In this document: positions 47,778 to 57,707 of the stretch, one piece after another
Layout of the letters: each line of letters starts with the position of its first letter
How positions within the stretch are numbered: position 1 is the stretch's first letter
From: an uncultured delta proteobacterium
GTDB taxonomy: Bacteria > Desulfobacterota > BSN033 > UBA1163
Length of the DNA stretch: 64,000 nucleotides
Assembly (NCBI GenBank): GCA_963827685.1
Contig: CAWHBU010000003.1
Location: 864,001-928,000, forward strand
Reading direction: 5' to 3'
Position numbers and translations under genes: made by a program
The notes under the pieces: model-generated
Databases searched by the model: none
What the model was told of the DNA's origin: nothing
What the model saw: the letters and a program-made list of their open reading frames with translations, nothing else

Positions 47778-48969
47778 TTATATAGCCTCCTTTACATTGA
47801 AACATGTTCGCTGAGAAAGCATTGCAAAGATCACTCGAATGAGTTTATGAGCTACAGCAAATAAGGCTTTTTGAGGGGGGAGTCCTTCCTTCCTTCTTTC
47901 TCCTCAGGAAATAGGCTTTAAAGAAAACATTTTGAGACACCACAGAGGTCGTCATAAGATAAATCGCTCTTCTTAAATGCCGATTGCCTCGTTTCGACAG
48001 TTTGCTGGCACCCAGAAATTTCCCTGACTGATGAATCGAAGGATCCAATCCCGCAAAGGCAATCAGCTTCTTAGAAGAAGTAAAATTCTTCACCTCCCCC
48101 ACTTCCGCAAGAAAAGGGACAGCGGTATTTGGACCTACTCCCTTGATCGATTGGAGGATCTTCAAATCTTCTACTCTCGTCGCTTTGCATAAGTCGGTCA
48201 GAAGTTTAGTCAATCCCTCCATCCGCTCTTGAAGATGTAACAAGGTGGCAATCTTCCCTTGAACAATGACCTCTTTTGCTGGACTCGCCACGGCCACGGA
48301 ACTCTGGGCCGCCTTAACGATATCCTCCGCCGTAAACGTCAGTTTGTCCCCCACATAGGGCCCCCTCAACGCCTTTGCGATCGCCTTCCGTTTCGCCCCT
48401 CTCACCAAACGAGCCGATGGATACTGCTGCAAAAAACGAAGCATCACACCTGTATAGAGATTCCCGATGGATTCAAGCTCCGGAAAGATCGTTCTCAGTA
48501 CCCTCTTGATCTCTACCTTGGTCGCTGAAATGAGATGACAGAGTGACTCCCTTTCTCGGGACAGATCCCTCAGATCCTGATGATCTTGGGAAATAGAGAA
48601 TTGCGAAATCTCTTCATGGTGATCCAAAAGAAATCTCGCGATCGTCAGAGCGTCCTTTTTATCCGTCTTCGTTTTCCTCAGGGAAAGCTTCGCAAAATTG
48701 GAAATCAACAGAGGATTCACCACGACCGTACGGATTCCTTGGGAACTAAGAAACGAGAAAAGATTGATATGATAGCACCCGGTAGACTCCATGGCCACGA
48801 TCATCTGATCCAGTCTCTCACCATGAGAAGAAAGGGCCTTCAGGAACTCTGAAAACCCATGGGAGTTCATTTCATAAGTCCCCGAGAAATGCCCTTTGCC
48901 CTCCTCATCCAGGCCAGCTGCAGAGAAGAAATCCTTTGAAACATCCGCTCCAACCAAAAGCTTATACAT
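47778..48969 (-). pseudogene. IS110 recombinase/transposase with C-terminal frameshift
   Basis: GADVSK, MESTG, KTDKKDA, FAGLDPSIHQSG; an extra 4 nt in the AAGG run near 47885 diverts from ...EGLPPQKALFAVAHKLIRVIFAML. Confidence 0.85.
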
Positions 48970-48989
48970 CTTTCTCCCTCCTTTCCTGA

Positions 48990-49135
48990 ATCGGCAGGAC
49001 AATGCCTCCCAACCAAACCTCCACCGTGACCAGGGTTCACAGACCCAATCAACCTATTAGGGTTAAGGGAGGCAGGGAACACACTGTACTAAGGGTTCTC
49101 AGACCCAGGAAGTAGTTCGTTCTCCTGCCTTTCCA
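48990..49135 (-). ncRNA. Predicted bridge RNA of IS110 element A
   Basis: Two-loop scaffold shared with 51622-51762; guides ACTTCCT and TACAG match the element's own flanks. Confidence 0.75.
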
Positions 49136-49267
49136 ATCTCTGATTCTTCTATAACACAATTGTTAGTAGGAGGAAGTTATCTTCAGAAAGAAGGATGAGG
49201 ATTTTATCTTCAATTCAGGCTGACCTGCGTTTATGGGTAGGCCGAAGACCAAAGATGGGAAGAAATC

Positions 49268-51307
49268 TTATCTCCTTCTAATCTTCATTGCAGAAAGGTA
49301 TACGGCTACTCCCACAATAAGAAATAAACCAACTACCATTCCAAAGGCTATCCCTGTCAAATAGGTGCCCCTGGATAGGAGCGCAATAGGATTCCAGCTC
49401 GGTTCTCTGATAATTCGACCAAGTTTCCCGCTATATTTTTCAGGAATGTCGGGAATCCCATCGCCTTTCTTGCCCGGAAAGCTCTTCACATACTCCATGA
49501 GGCAAACCCACTCCTTGAGTTCCTGAATTCCAGGTTTTTCCTTATCTCTATCCACCCTTAACGGGAGCAGAAGATCAAAGGGATTGCCCTTTAAAAATTT
49601 TGTGGCGATTGCGTTTCCATTTCGATCCTTCGGGACAATTTCAAGAATACCATAGGTAAAACGACCCACAAATTTGAGAAAGGTCGCGTTATAGAGGTTG
49701 GCTGCAACTCTATAAAGGGTCTTATTCGATTCCGAATAATCGAGAGGTTCATATCCTTCCTCCTCACTTCCCATCAAGATATCCGTTACCCTGTCAAAGA
49801 TCACCCGATTAGGGTTGTATTTGAATCTTAATCCTGAAACCTGGAGAAAGTAGTTGCTCCCTTTTTTGGGATAGATGCTCGTCGACACCTCGAGGATCTT
49901 CTTAATCTCGTGAGCGTAGAGGTAACAAGTGATAAGAGGATATCCCATGGTATCCTCCCCTCTGCTGATCCCGAGCGGGATGGTGCGAAAGAGATCGCAC
50001 ACGGCTATTCTCCCTGTCTTCCCCTTGAGAAGATCATCACGGATCACTCCGTTTGATTCAATGGCAGCCACCACCTTGGTTACAGGATCCTTCTGGTCAT
50101 AATCCAATCGATTAATCGCCCATCGCATAGCATCCGTGATGAGGTTTCCTAAATTGCATTCCTCCTCCAGAAGTCGCAAGTCAAATTGTGTTTTTCCGAT
50201 TACCTCGTAGAAGCTCACATGAAGATCCTTGAGAAACTTCTCATTCACGATCCCAATGTAGGATTCGATTCTCTTTTGAATCTTCTCATCCCCGAGAATG
50301 GTATCATCGATATCCACCAGCCTATATCCTTTCAACTTTACCTTACCCTTTTCATAGGCGATATCAAGGACACCCACATGTTCCCCAAAGGCACCCGCTT
50401 GAACAATCATCGTTTCATTCACGATCAGAGGGGTTTTCAGTTTTGTATGGGTATGGCCGCTTACAATAATATCAATGCCTGGCACCTCCCTCGCCAATCG
50501 ATCATCTTCGGAGAGAGACTTTTTTTGTTGAATACCGCTGTGCGACAGACAGATGACCATATCGACCTTTTCCTTCTCTCTCAGTGTCTTGACCATTTCA
50601 CGAGAAGTGTCGATGGGATCCCTGAATTTGACAGGGGCTGCAAAGGGCGAGACCTCCGCCGCCTCTTTTCCCAATATCCCGTAAATCCCGATCCTGATTC
50701 CCTGCATTTCCTTGATGATATAAGGTTTTACGAGACCCAGGTTGAATATCTCTTCAAGCGTATCATCTTCACGGTTCTGTTTATCGAAAATGACATTCGA
50801 AAAAACAATCTCTGGCATTCCCCCTTTCTGATGAGCCGAAGTGAGCATTTTCGCCAACCCCGAAGGCATGAGATCAAATTCATGGTTCCCCAGAGTCACC
50901 ACGTCATATCCCATCTCTTTCAACAATCGCAGCTCCAGCCCTTCCTCGCGAGCCACCATATGGAAGAGCGAACCCATAAGGAAGTCGCCGGCGTCTAAGA
51001 CAAGAGTTGGATTCGTTCTCTTGGCCTTCTCCGATCTTATCGTTGCCGCTATCCGGGCCCAGCCACCTACCGTTGCGTCATCATGGGTTTTTAAAGGAGT
51101 GTAGTCAATGTTCGGTGCAAAGCCGAGAAGATGGGAATGAAGATCATTGGTATGTAGGATGGTGAGGAGCCTTTCCTCCCCAAGAACCCGTATAGGATTG
51201 AGAATGGTACCAATCACCAATATCCAAAGAAATGCCCTCATTCCTTTCAACTCCATCGAGGTGAGGAGAGAACAAAATCCCTTTGGCCGCCATGACATGG
51301 TTGTCAA
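49268..51307 (-). CDS. 5'-nucleotidase / UDP-sugar hydrolase family, C-terminally membrane anchored
   Basis: LHTNDLHSH, LDAGD, LGNHEFD, VSGHTH; C-terminal TM; real start may be slightly downstream. Confidence 0.9.
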   Translation of the reverse strand: MTTMSWRPKGFCSLLTSMELKGMRAFLWILVIGTILNPIRVLGEERLLTILHTNDLHSHLLGFAPNIDYTPLKTHDDATVGGWARIAATIRSEKAKRTNPTLVLDAGDFLMGSLFHMVAREEGLELRLLKEMGYDVVTLGNHEFDLMPSGLAKMLTSAHQKGGMPEIVFSNVIFDKQNREDDTLEEIFNLGLVKPYIIKEMQGIRIGIYGILGKEAAEVSPFAAPVKFRDPIDTSREMVKTLREKEKVDMVICLSHSGIQQKKSLSEDDRLAREVPGIDIIVSGHTHTKLKTPLIVNETMIVQAGAFGEHVGVLDIAYEKGKVKLKGYRLVDIDDTILGDEKIQKRIESYIGIVNEKFLKDLHVSFYEVIGKTQFDLRLLEEECNLGNLITDAMRWAINRLDYDQKDPVTKVVAAIESNGVIRDDLLKGKTGRIAVCDLFRTIPLGISRGEDTMGYPLITCYLYAHEIKKILEVSTSIYPKKGSNYFLQVSGLRFKYNPNRVIFDRVTDILMGSEEEGYEPLDYSESNKTLYRVAANLYNATFLKFVGRFTYGILEIVPKDRNGNAIATKFLKGNPFDLLLPLRVDRDKEKPGIQELKEWVCLMEYVKSFPGKKGDGIPDIPEKYSGKLGRIIREPSWNPIALLSRGTYLTGIAFGMVVGLFLIVGVAVYLSAMKIRRR

Positions 51308-51621
51308 TCCTCAATTATGGGTTTTGATATACACCCCATTTTGCATTTTTGCCCGATAAAATCATTGGGAACGGTGTTATATTGCGTCAATATAATCTAC
51401 AAAGGAATTATTCAGATGGGCCTGGAGTATATCCCCGCTATCCGTTTGAGGTTGTAATATACACCTTTTTTAGGGTTTTGGGAAATGAATAGTCCAGCAA
51501 GAAGTCCTCTTTTTTCCAAATCCCGCCGATCAAAAAAGCCATGTTAAGGCTTTCACCTCCTACTCATCAAGTATGTTATAAGGGCATGACATAATGAATG
51601 GGTAAAGCCATTCAAGAGGAA

Positions 51622-51762
51622 GGGGCAGGAGGACTTGATTTTCACCTGGGTCATTGAATCCTTTTTGTAGTGTGTCCCCTGCCTCCCCAAACCCTGATAG
51701 GTTGGTTGGGTCTAAAGAACCCTTGTTATGATGGAGGTTTGGTGGGGAGGCTCATCCTGCCT
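51622..51762 (+). ncRNA. Predicted bridge RNA of IS110 element B
   Basis: Same scaffold; guides TTTCACCT (51640-51647) and GTAG (51667-51670) match the element's own flanks. Confidence 0.75.
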
Positions 51763-51794
51763 ATTCTCTAACAATTTAAAAAGGAGGTGTAACA

Positions 51795-52988
51795 GTGTCG
51801 ACACTTTTCGTTGGGATTGACGTTTCTAAGGATTATGCTTCAGCTCAAGGGTTAGATCGTGAAGGGAAGAAACTCTTTTATCTTGAGTTTTCAATGGATG
51901 GAGAGGGATTTTCTCGGTTTCTGGACAGGGTGAAGGCCCATTGTGGGAATCTTTCAGAGGTTACCGTGGCGATGGAATCCACGGGTTGTTACCACATCAA
52001 TCTATTTTCCTTTCTTTCTTCGGAAGGGATTCCCTGTGTGGTGATCAACCCTCTGCTGATTAGCAATTTTGCCAGGTTATCTTTAAGGAAGACCAAGACG
52101 GATAAGAAGGATGCTCTTACCATTGCTCAGTTCCTTTTGGCTCACAAAGATTCCCTTTCCAAGGTCGCGTTTTCACAGAATAGTCAGGATCTCAAGGACC
52201 TGGCCAGAGAGCGAGAATCTCTGACGGTGATGATCTCGGGGTTAAAGAATGACATCCGGAGGCTCCTCAAGATGACTTTTCCGGAGCTGGAGCATCGGTG
52301 TAAGATCTTTACGGAGACGATGCTCCACGTTCTGATCAAGTTTCCTTCGGCCAGGACCCTAACAGCGGCAAAGCCCAAAGAGATTGCCAAGGCCCTGATC
52401 CATGTCGAAGGGAAAAGGAAACGAGTATTGATCAGTGCCGAAGAGATTATTCAAATGGCCAAGGCCTCTGTGGCCACTGACAGTGCAGCCAAGGAACTAA
52501 TCCTCTCAGAGAAGATTTCCACCCTTCTTTATCTCGAAGAGAAGAGGAAAAAGATCACAGGGGTATTGGTGAAGACCTGCCAGTCGATGAGAGTGGAGGA
52601 TCTCGAGATTATCACCTCCATCGATGGGATCAAGCAGATTAACGGTTCTACTTTTTTAGCGGAGTTGGGAGAGATGAACCATTTCAAATCCCACAAGCAT
52701 GTGATTGCTTTTGCAGGGCTTGATCCCTCCATTCACCAGTCAGGTCAATATGAGGGAATCAGCAGAATATCCAAGAGAGGAAATCGTCACCTAAGACGAG
52801 TGATTTTCCTTATGACCACTTGTGTGGTAAGGAGCAATAATATTTTCAGGCAATATTTTCTTAAAAGGAAGGCAGAAGGATTACCGCCTAAAAAAGCAAT
52901 TCTTGCCACGGCTCATAAATTGCTGAGGGTCCTTTTTGCCATGCTAACAACTAAATCTTACTTTCAGAAGGAGGTGGTCGAAGTATAG
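51795..52988 (+). CDS. IS110 recombinase/transposase (intact)
   Basis: GIDVSK, MESTG, KTDKKDA, FAGLDPSIHQSG, SKRGN, AHKLLRV. Confidence 0.95.
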   Translation: MSTLFVGIDVSKDYASAQGLDREGKKLFYLEFSMDGEGFSRFLDRVKAHCGNLSEVTVAMESTGCYHINLFSFLSSEGIPCVVINPLLISNFARLSLRKTKTDKKDALTIAQFLLAHKDSLSKVAFSQNSQDLKDLARERESLTVMISGLKNDIRRLLKMTFPELEHRCKIFTETMLHVLIKFPSARTLTAAKPKEIAKALIHVEGKRKRVLISAEEIIQMAKASVATDSAAKELILSEKISTLLYLEEKRKKITGVLVKTCQSMRVEDLEIITSIDGIKQINGSTFLAELGEMNHFKSHKHVIAFAGLDPSIHQSGQYEGISRISKRGNRHLRRVIFLMTTCVVRSNNIFRQYFLKRKAEGLPPKKAILATAHKLLRVLFAMLTTKSYFQKEVVEV

Positions 52989-53205
52989 TTGACTACTACT
53001 TTTCAATCCAGGATAATCCCCAAAGCCGACGATTACGGGCTGAAATCAAGTACTTCAATACAAAAGATGAAAACCATATCGAAACATTTTTACCTGCTTA
53101 AAAACAGAAGATAGATAGCAGATATTCAAACTTCTGCGATATCATAATTCATGGTCTTCTCCCGTTTGAGCCCTTACGGTGTCTAATAGGATTGAGTTAC
53201 TCCGA

Positions 53206-53238
53206 TACGGGGACGGGTTTCAAAACCCGCCCCTGTAC
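53206..53238. repeat. REP-like palindrome
   Basis: TACGGGGACGGGTTT-C-AAAACCCGCCCCTGTA. Confidence 0.5.
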
Positions 53239-53244
53239 TGCCTT

Positions 53245-53529
53245 TTAGTACTCCGGAGGCATAGGTGGGGGCGGTGTCTCCTTTTTCGGTTTCTCAGCCA
53301 CAACCGCCTCTGAGGTGATCAAAAGAGAGGCCACGCTGGCCGCATTCTGTAAGGCTAACCTCACAACCTTCGTTGGGTCGATGATCCCTGTCTCCATCAT
53401 ATTTACATACTCTTATTTATCGGCATTTAATCCGAAGGCCCCTTTCTCCTGTTTCACCTTCTCCACCGCTACGGAGCCTTCCTTCCCGGCGTTCTCAGCT
53501 ATCTGACGAATGGGTTCAAGGGCCCTCAA
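53245..53529 (-). pseudogene. groL: 3'-terminal fragment of chaperonin groEL with internal stop
   Basis: [15 protein letters not shown]...NADK*EY...[34 protein letters not shown]. Confidence 0.85.
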
Positions 53530-53643
53530 GCCGCCAGCCTAAGGGTAGTTAGTTAAACGTCTATCTAATTTCGATGAAAGGATTCTCTCATCAGGCGTTC
53601 CTTTGGGGTCGGTTGACCGGATAGAGGGTTGAGGTAATGTTTT

Positions 53644-54726
53644 TCATAAAGCACGATCCATTAATGGAAGTGAAATTCCAAATGACTCACCAAGGACCGC
53701 CAACTCTTTTATCGTGGCCGGAACCAGAGGTATCCCATCTTTCAGCCGTTCTGTCTCGGTTCTCAATTCCGGTTCCCCAGGCATCAGAATCTCTGCGGCA
53801 TTCTGCGCTTTCGCGCTTTCTTTAATGCTTTTGATGTAACGGTCCATCTCTTTCTTAAAGTTTTCCCTTCCGATGAAGCAGTCTGGGTCGATGGCCATGA
53901 AGGAATGACAAGTGCCCTGAATACCCGTTTTATCCTCTTCATAGAGGCTTTTGATCTCTTTGGTCAGTTTGCCACCCGTGAGCACGGCGGTGAGCATTTC
54001 ATGGACCAGCACCATTCCATAGCCTTTATGGCCCCCCACCGGCGTCAGGGATCCCCCTCCTTCATACCCTTGATAGGGGTCGTCAGTCGGCAAGCCGTCT
54101 TTGTTAACGGCCCACCCCAGGGGAATTTTCTCCCCTTTTTTGCGGGCTAGGATGAGTTTCCCAGACGACACAACACTCAATGAAAAATCCAGAACTACAG
54201 GAGGGTATTGATCGGCGGGAATGGCATAAGCCATAGGATTATTGCCTATAATTCTCTCTCGTCCGCCCCAGGGGGACATCATGGGAGCAGAGTTGGAGAC
54301 GACGTAGCCGATGAAATCCTTCTGCAGAGCCATTATGGGGAAGAGGCCGGCCACGCCGAAGTGACCGCTGTCTTTCACCGAGACCCAACCGATGCCATAC
54401 TCTTCCGCCTTCGCGATCGCCTTCTCCATGCCCCGGTAGGCGGCGATATGTCCCATCGACCCGTGAGCTTCCAGGAAAACCGTGGGGCCTTTTTCCCTGA
54501 CGGCCGTCAGTTTGCACTCTTTGCGTACATACCCTTTCTGCAGCCTCAGGATATAAATAGGCAGGCGGGTGACGCCATGGGTTTCGATGCCCCTTAGGTC
54601 CGACCTTACCAGTAGGTCGGCTACAATCTCTGCATCGGCAGCGGGCACCCCTGCTTTCATGTAGGCCTGACAGCAGAAATCCTTAAGGTCGGCGAACAAA
54701 ACCCGCCGGACAGTATTTTTCTCCAT
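53644..54726 (-). CDS. Ldh_2-family (malate/L-sulfolactate/ureidoglycolate dehydrogenase-like) oxidoreductase
   Basis: DLRGIETHG, SGHFG, IGNNP, GGHKGYG, MPGEPE. Confidence 0.9.
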   Translation of the reverse strand: MEKNTVRRVLFADLKDFCCQAYMKAGVPAADAEIVADLLVRSDLRGIETHGVTRLPIYILRLQKGYVRKECKLTAVREKGPTVFLEAHGSMGHIAAYRGMEKAIAKAEEYGIGWVSVKDSGHFGVAGLFPIMALQKDFIGYVVSNSAPMMSPWGGRERIIGNNPMAYAIPADQYPPVVLDFSLSVVSSGKLILARKKGEKIPLGWAVNKDGLPTDDPYQGYEGGGSLTPVGGHKGYGMVLVHEMLTAVLTGGKLTKEIKSLYEEDKTGIQGTCHSFMAIDPDCFIGRENFKKEMDRYIKSIKESAKAQNAAEILMPGEPELRTETERLKDGIPLVPATIKELAVLGESFGISLPLMDRAL

Positions 54727-54888
54727 AACATGCCTCCTTGGAAGAAAGTGTCATTTTCTGTGTTAGGTGTCAGTCTTGGTCTTTTGCACCCACTCTCAGG
54801 GGACCTTAACGATCCCCATTCCCACCAATCCAAAATTGATGATACCTTGATGAAGACTCTCAATTTGACAGACTTTCTCCCCTGTCTA

Positions 54889-56322
54889 TCATTCAATTCC
54901 AGCCAGACGTTTAGCACATCTCTTCTTATAATCGATATCTGACTCCCTGAAGATTGTGACCCTGTGGGCCGCCGGTGAACCTCCTCCATGAATATCTGAA
55001 ATCGTATCCGCACTCTCCATGGCCATCTTTTCGATCAAACGAAGCATCTTGATCCTTTTCTCCACCGGCACTCCGGTAGCACCCTTCAAATATTTTTTCA
55101 GCAATTCTCCAATTTCGGAGTTTTCGAAATCCCTATCCGAAGGCAGATCGGCCACAAACCCACCTGTCACATCGATGAGAAGGCGGGTGACTTCAGCCAT
55201 CTCTTTCCCTTCGTGGATCTTGGAGGCATTGGCCAAGATCGGATCGATGAAATAGGTCCCCGAAGACTCTTTCTTCCCTTCATAAGAGGCTGCCAGGCTA
55301 CAACCGTAAAGGGTCTCTGCCATATGAATCATGTTGATAACCTTTTCCCTGTGTTGGCTTACTTTTGTAGTTCCGTTATACTCCATCATCAGCAGGGCTG
55401 CGCCAGTCATGACATCGATTTTCCCCGATTTACAACCGCCGTGGGATTGACGATGAAAGGCAGAAAAGCGGCTCACCACCTCTCCCGTAAATTCAACTTC
55501 TCTGAACATGAAGACTCGATCCCATGGTACCAACACCTCGTCAAAAATGAGTGTAGGACAGTATTTGCTATATCGGATATTACCGCAATCCACTCCTTCG
55601 ATCTCACGAGTGTCCATGGAATTTCTTCCCACCACATGGATGAGCCCTTCCGTATCCGAGGAAATGGCAAAAGCTAAGGCATAATCCTCATCCCCTTTCT
55701 GCATCACCCTTGTGGGAAGTACAATAATTTCGTGAGCACTCAAGGACCCTGTCTGGTGAACCTTTGCTCCCCTCACGATGATCCCTTCTTTGGTTTGTTC
55801 GACCACGCGGAGGTACATATCTTTATCGGGCTGTTCGTGAGGGCTCAGATTACGATCTCCTTTTACATCGGTCACGCTGGCATTTCCTGTCAGATCATTT
55901 TTCTGCATGTATTTCAGGAATTCCATGAACCGATCATAGTAATGGGTCCCGTATTTTTTATCGATGTCATAGGTCACAATCGAAAGGGTACAGAGGCAGT
56001 CCAAGCCCGTGCATCTCTGGTGGCATGTTCCTACATAGCCTCCCAAGATACGGTTGATCTTCACACGCATCACAAGATCTTCAATGGACTGTGGGGGCAG
56101 GGTAAATCGATTGATATGCTCTCCTGTTAAAGGAGAGATGGTGGTAATGAGATCCTTATATTTTTCGTGATTCGCCAACTCATAAGTTGCACCTGTGGCA
56201 TTAATCCCTGCGCGAATACGGGGATTATCCACCACATTCTCTATCTTCTCGCCAAACATGTAGGCCGTAGGTTTCAATCTTCTCAAACTCACCAGGTATT
56301 GTTCAAATGTCTTTAGGGCCAT
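54889..56322 (-). CDS. 4-hydroxybutyryl-CoA dehydratase (AbfD)-like FAD/[4Fe-4S] enzyme
   Basis: CHQRC, TDVKGDR, GAKVHQTG, HRQSHGGCK, HGGGSP. Confidence 0.8.
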   Translation of the reverse strand: MALKTFEQYLVSLRRLKPTAYMFGEKIENVVDNPRIRAGINATGATYELANHEKYKDLITTISPLTGEHINRFTLPPQSIEDLVMRVKINRILGGYVGTCHQRCTGLDCLCTLSIVTYDIDKKYGTHYYDRFMEFLKYMQKNDLTGNASVTDVKGDRNLSPHEQPDKDMYLRVVEQTKEGIIVRGAKVHQTGSLSAHEIIVLPTRVMQKGDEDYALAFAISSDTEGLIHVVGRNSMDTREIEGVDCGNIRYSKYCPTLIFDEVLVPWDRVFMFREVEFTGEVVSRFSAFHRQSHGGCKSGKIDVMTGAALLMMEYNGTTKVSQHREKVINMIHMAETLYGCSLAASYEGKKESSGTYFIDPILANASKIHEGKEMAEVTRLLIDVTGGFVADLPSDRDFENSEIGELLKKYLKGATGVPVEKRIKMLRLIEKMAMESADTISDIHGGGSPAAHRVTIFRESDIDYKKRCAKRLAGIE

Positions 56323-56343
56323 CTTTCTCCTCCTCCAATGAAT

Positions 56344-56877
56344 CTAAACCGGAAGTTCCAAACCTCTTCGAAAAGCATTGAGATTCAGGGCTGTCACCAT
56401 CTTCGGAACACTGACTTCAATCGCCTTCTCCATCGATTCCACAGAGAGAAGACCTGTCTTTTTAATCAGGGCCCCTAAGATGATCAAGTTAGCCACAATG
56501 ATATTCCCCATCTCCTTATCTGCAATGCTCGTTGCGGGAACGGAGAGAATTTCATAATCCCCTGGCCTCGCTCCCTTCACCAGATCGGAATCAATCACCA
56601 ACAACCCTTTGGGTTTAACCTTATCGATATATTTGGGGAGCGCTTCCTCAGCCAGGGCGATCAGGATATCCGGCCTTCTTACCTGGGGATCGGAGACAGG
56701 TTTTTCAGAGATAATCACCTCTGCCCTCGCGGAGCCACCCCTTAGCTCTGAGCTGTAGGATTGGGTCTGAACAGCCTTCTTGTCTTCAAACAGAGTTGCT
56801 GCCGTGCCCAGCAGAATCCCTGATAAGACAACTCCCTGGCCACCCACTCCTCCAATGAGTATCTCTGTTCGACTCAT
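56344..56877 (-). CDS. 2-oxoacid:ferredoxin oxidoreductase gamma subunit
   Basis: GVGGQG, QTQSYSSELRGG. Confidence 0.9.
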   Translation of the reverse strand: MSRTEILIGGVGGQGVVLSGILLGTAATLFEDKKAVQTQSYSSELRGGSARAEVIISEKPVSDPQVRRPDILIALAEEALPKYIDKVKPKGLLVIDSDLVKGARPGDYEILSVPATSIADKEMGNIIVANLIILGALIKKTGLLSVESMEKAIEVSVPKMVTALNLNAFRRGLELPV

Positions 56878-57707
56878 TCGACTCCTCCTCGGGTTTTATT
56901 CTTCATCTTCTCAACCTCCTCCAACATTTCTGGTTTCTCCATGTCGACCAACTCTCCGACCACGATCCTGTCCTTCAACTCCTCGTCTGAGAGTTTGGCT
57001 GCTTCCTTAGGTGAGATAGACCTCTGTTTATAATCCTCAAGCATCTGAACAGCACTCCCCATCCCTGTCTTTCTTCCAAACTGGATTGGGCATTGTGAAA
57101 AAACCTCAATGAAGGCAAACCCCTTCTTCTGGATGGCCTTCTTGATCGAGTTGGTTAACTGCCTCGGATGGGCCGTTGTCCAACAGGCAACGAAGGAGGC
57201 CCCTGCAGCCATGACGAGCTTCGAAATGTTAAATGTGTTTTCCACAGTACCGTAGGGTGTGGTTGTCGTCTTTATACCCATGGGCGTGGTCGGAGCCGCC
57301 TGACCCCCAGTCATTCCGTAAATCCCGTTATTAATGCAGAGGACAACCATCTCAACATTTCTTCGGGCATTCTGTATCAAGTGATTCCCACCAATGGCCA
57401 CCAAATCCCCATCCCCACTAACCACCATCACCTTCTTCTCAGGAAGGCCCATTTTAATTCCAAAGGCAAAAGCGATCGGTCTTCCGTGGGTGGTGTGAAG
57501 CACGTCTGCATTAAAAAGCGGACTGGGGATCCATGCCGCACAACCAATTCCTGAGACAAAGACAAAATCGTCCAGTTCCATATCGAGTCCGTCGATGGCA
57601 CGAAGAATCGCCTGAACAACGATTCCGTCTCCACAGCCCGGACAGAAGGTTGTATAGGTGACCGAAGGTCTTATAAAGCGGTGTAGGGGATGTACAAGCT
57701 CACTCAT
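56874..57707 (-). CDS. 2-oxoacid:ferredoxin oxidoreductase beta subunit
   Basis: FCPGCG, SGIGC, HTTHGR, GDGD...NN TPP motif, YGMTGGQ. Confidence 0.9.
   Translation of the reverse strand: MSELVHPLHRFIRPSVTYTTFCPGCGDGIVVQAILRAIDGLDMELDDFVFVSGIGCAAWIPSPLFNADVLHTTHGRPIAFAFGIKMGLPEKKVMVVSGDGDLVAIGGNHLIQNARRNVEMVVLCINNGIYGMTGGQAAPTTPMGIKTTTTPYGTVENTFNISKLVMAAGASFVACWTTAHPRQLTNSIKKAIQKKGFAFIEVFSQCPIQFGRKTGMGSAVQMLEDYKQRSISPKEAAKLSDEELKDRIVVGELVDMEKPEMLEEVEKMKNKTRGGVE

Larger units (their letters stand above)
47768..49170 (-). mobile_element. IS110-family element A
   Basis: Ends CT|CCTACT ... ATAGTTGA|CT shared with element B; DEDD recombinase; no TIRs. Confidence 0.9.
51559..52992 (+). mobile_element. 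IS110-family element B
   Basis: TTTCAC-CT|CCTACT ... ATAGTTGA|CT-AC; intact recombinase. Confidence 0.9.

Noticed and set aside
51325-51470. TATACACC-like repeats upstream of the nucleotidase
   Set aside because: Short and irregularly spaced; not distinguishable from chance by eye.
54735-54885. Possible gene remnant (GIINFGLVGMG) between the AbfD-like and Ldh_2 genes
   Set aside because: Too short and without a start; cannot be assigned.
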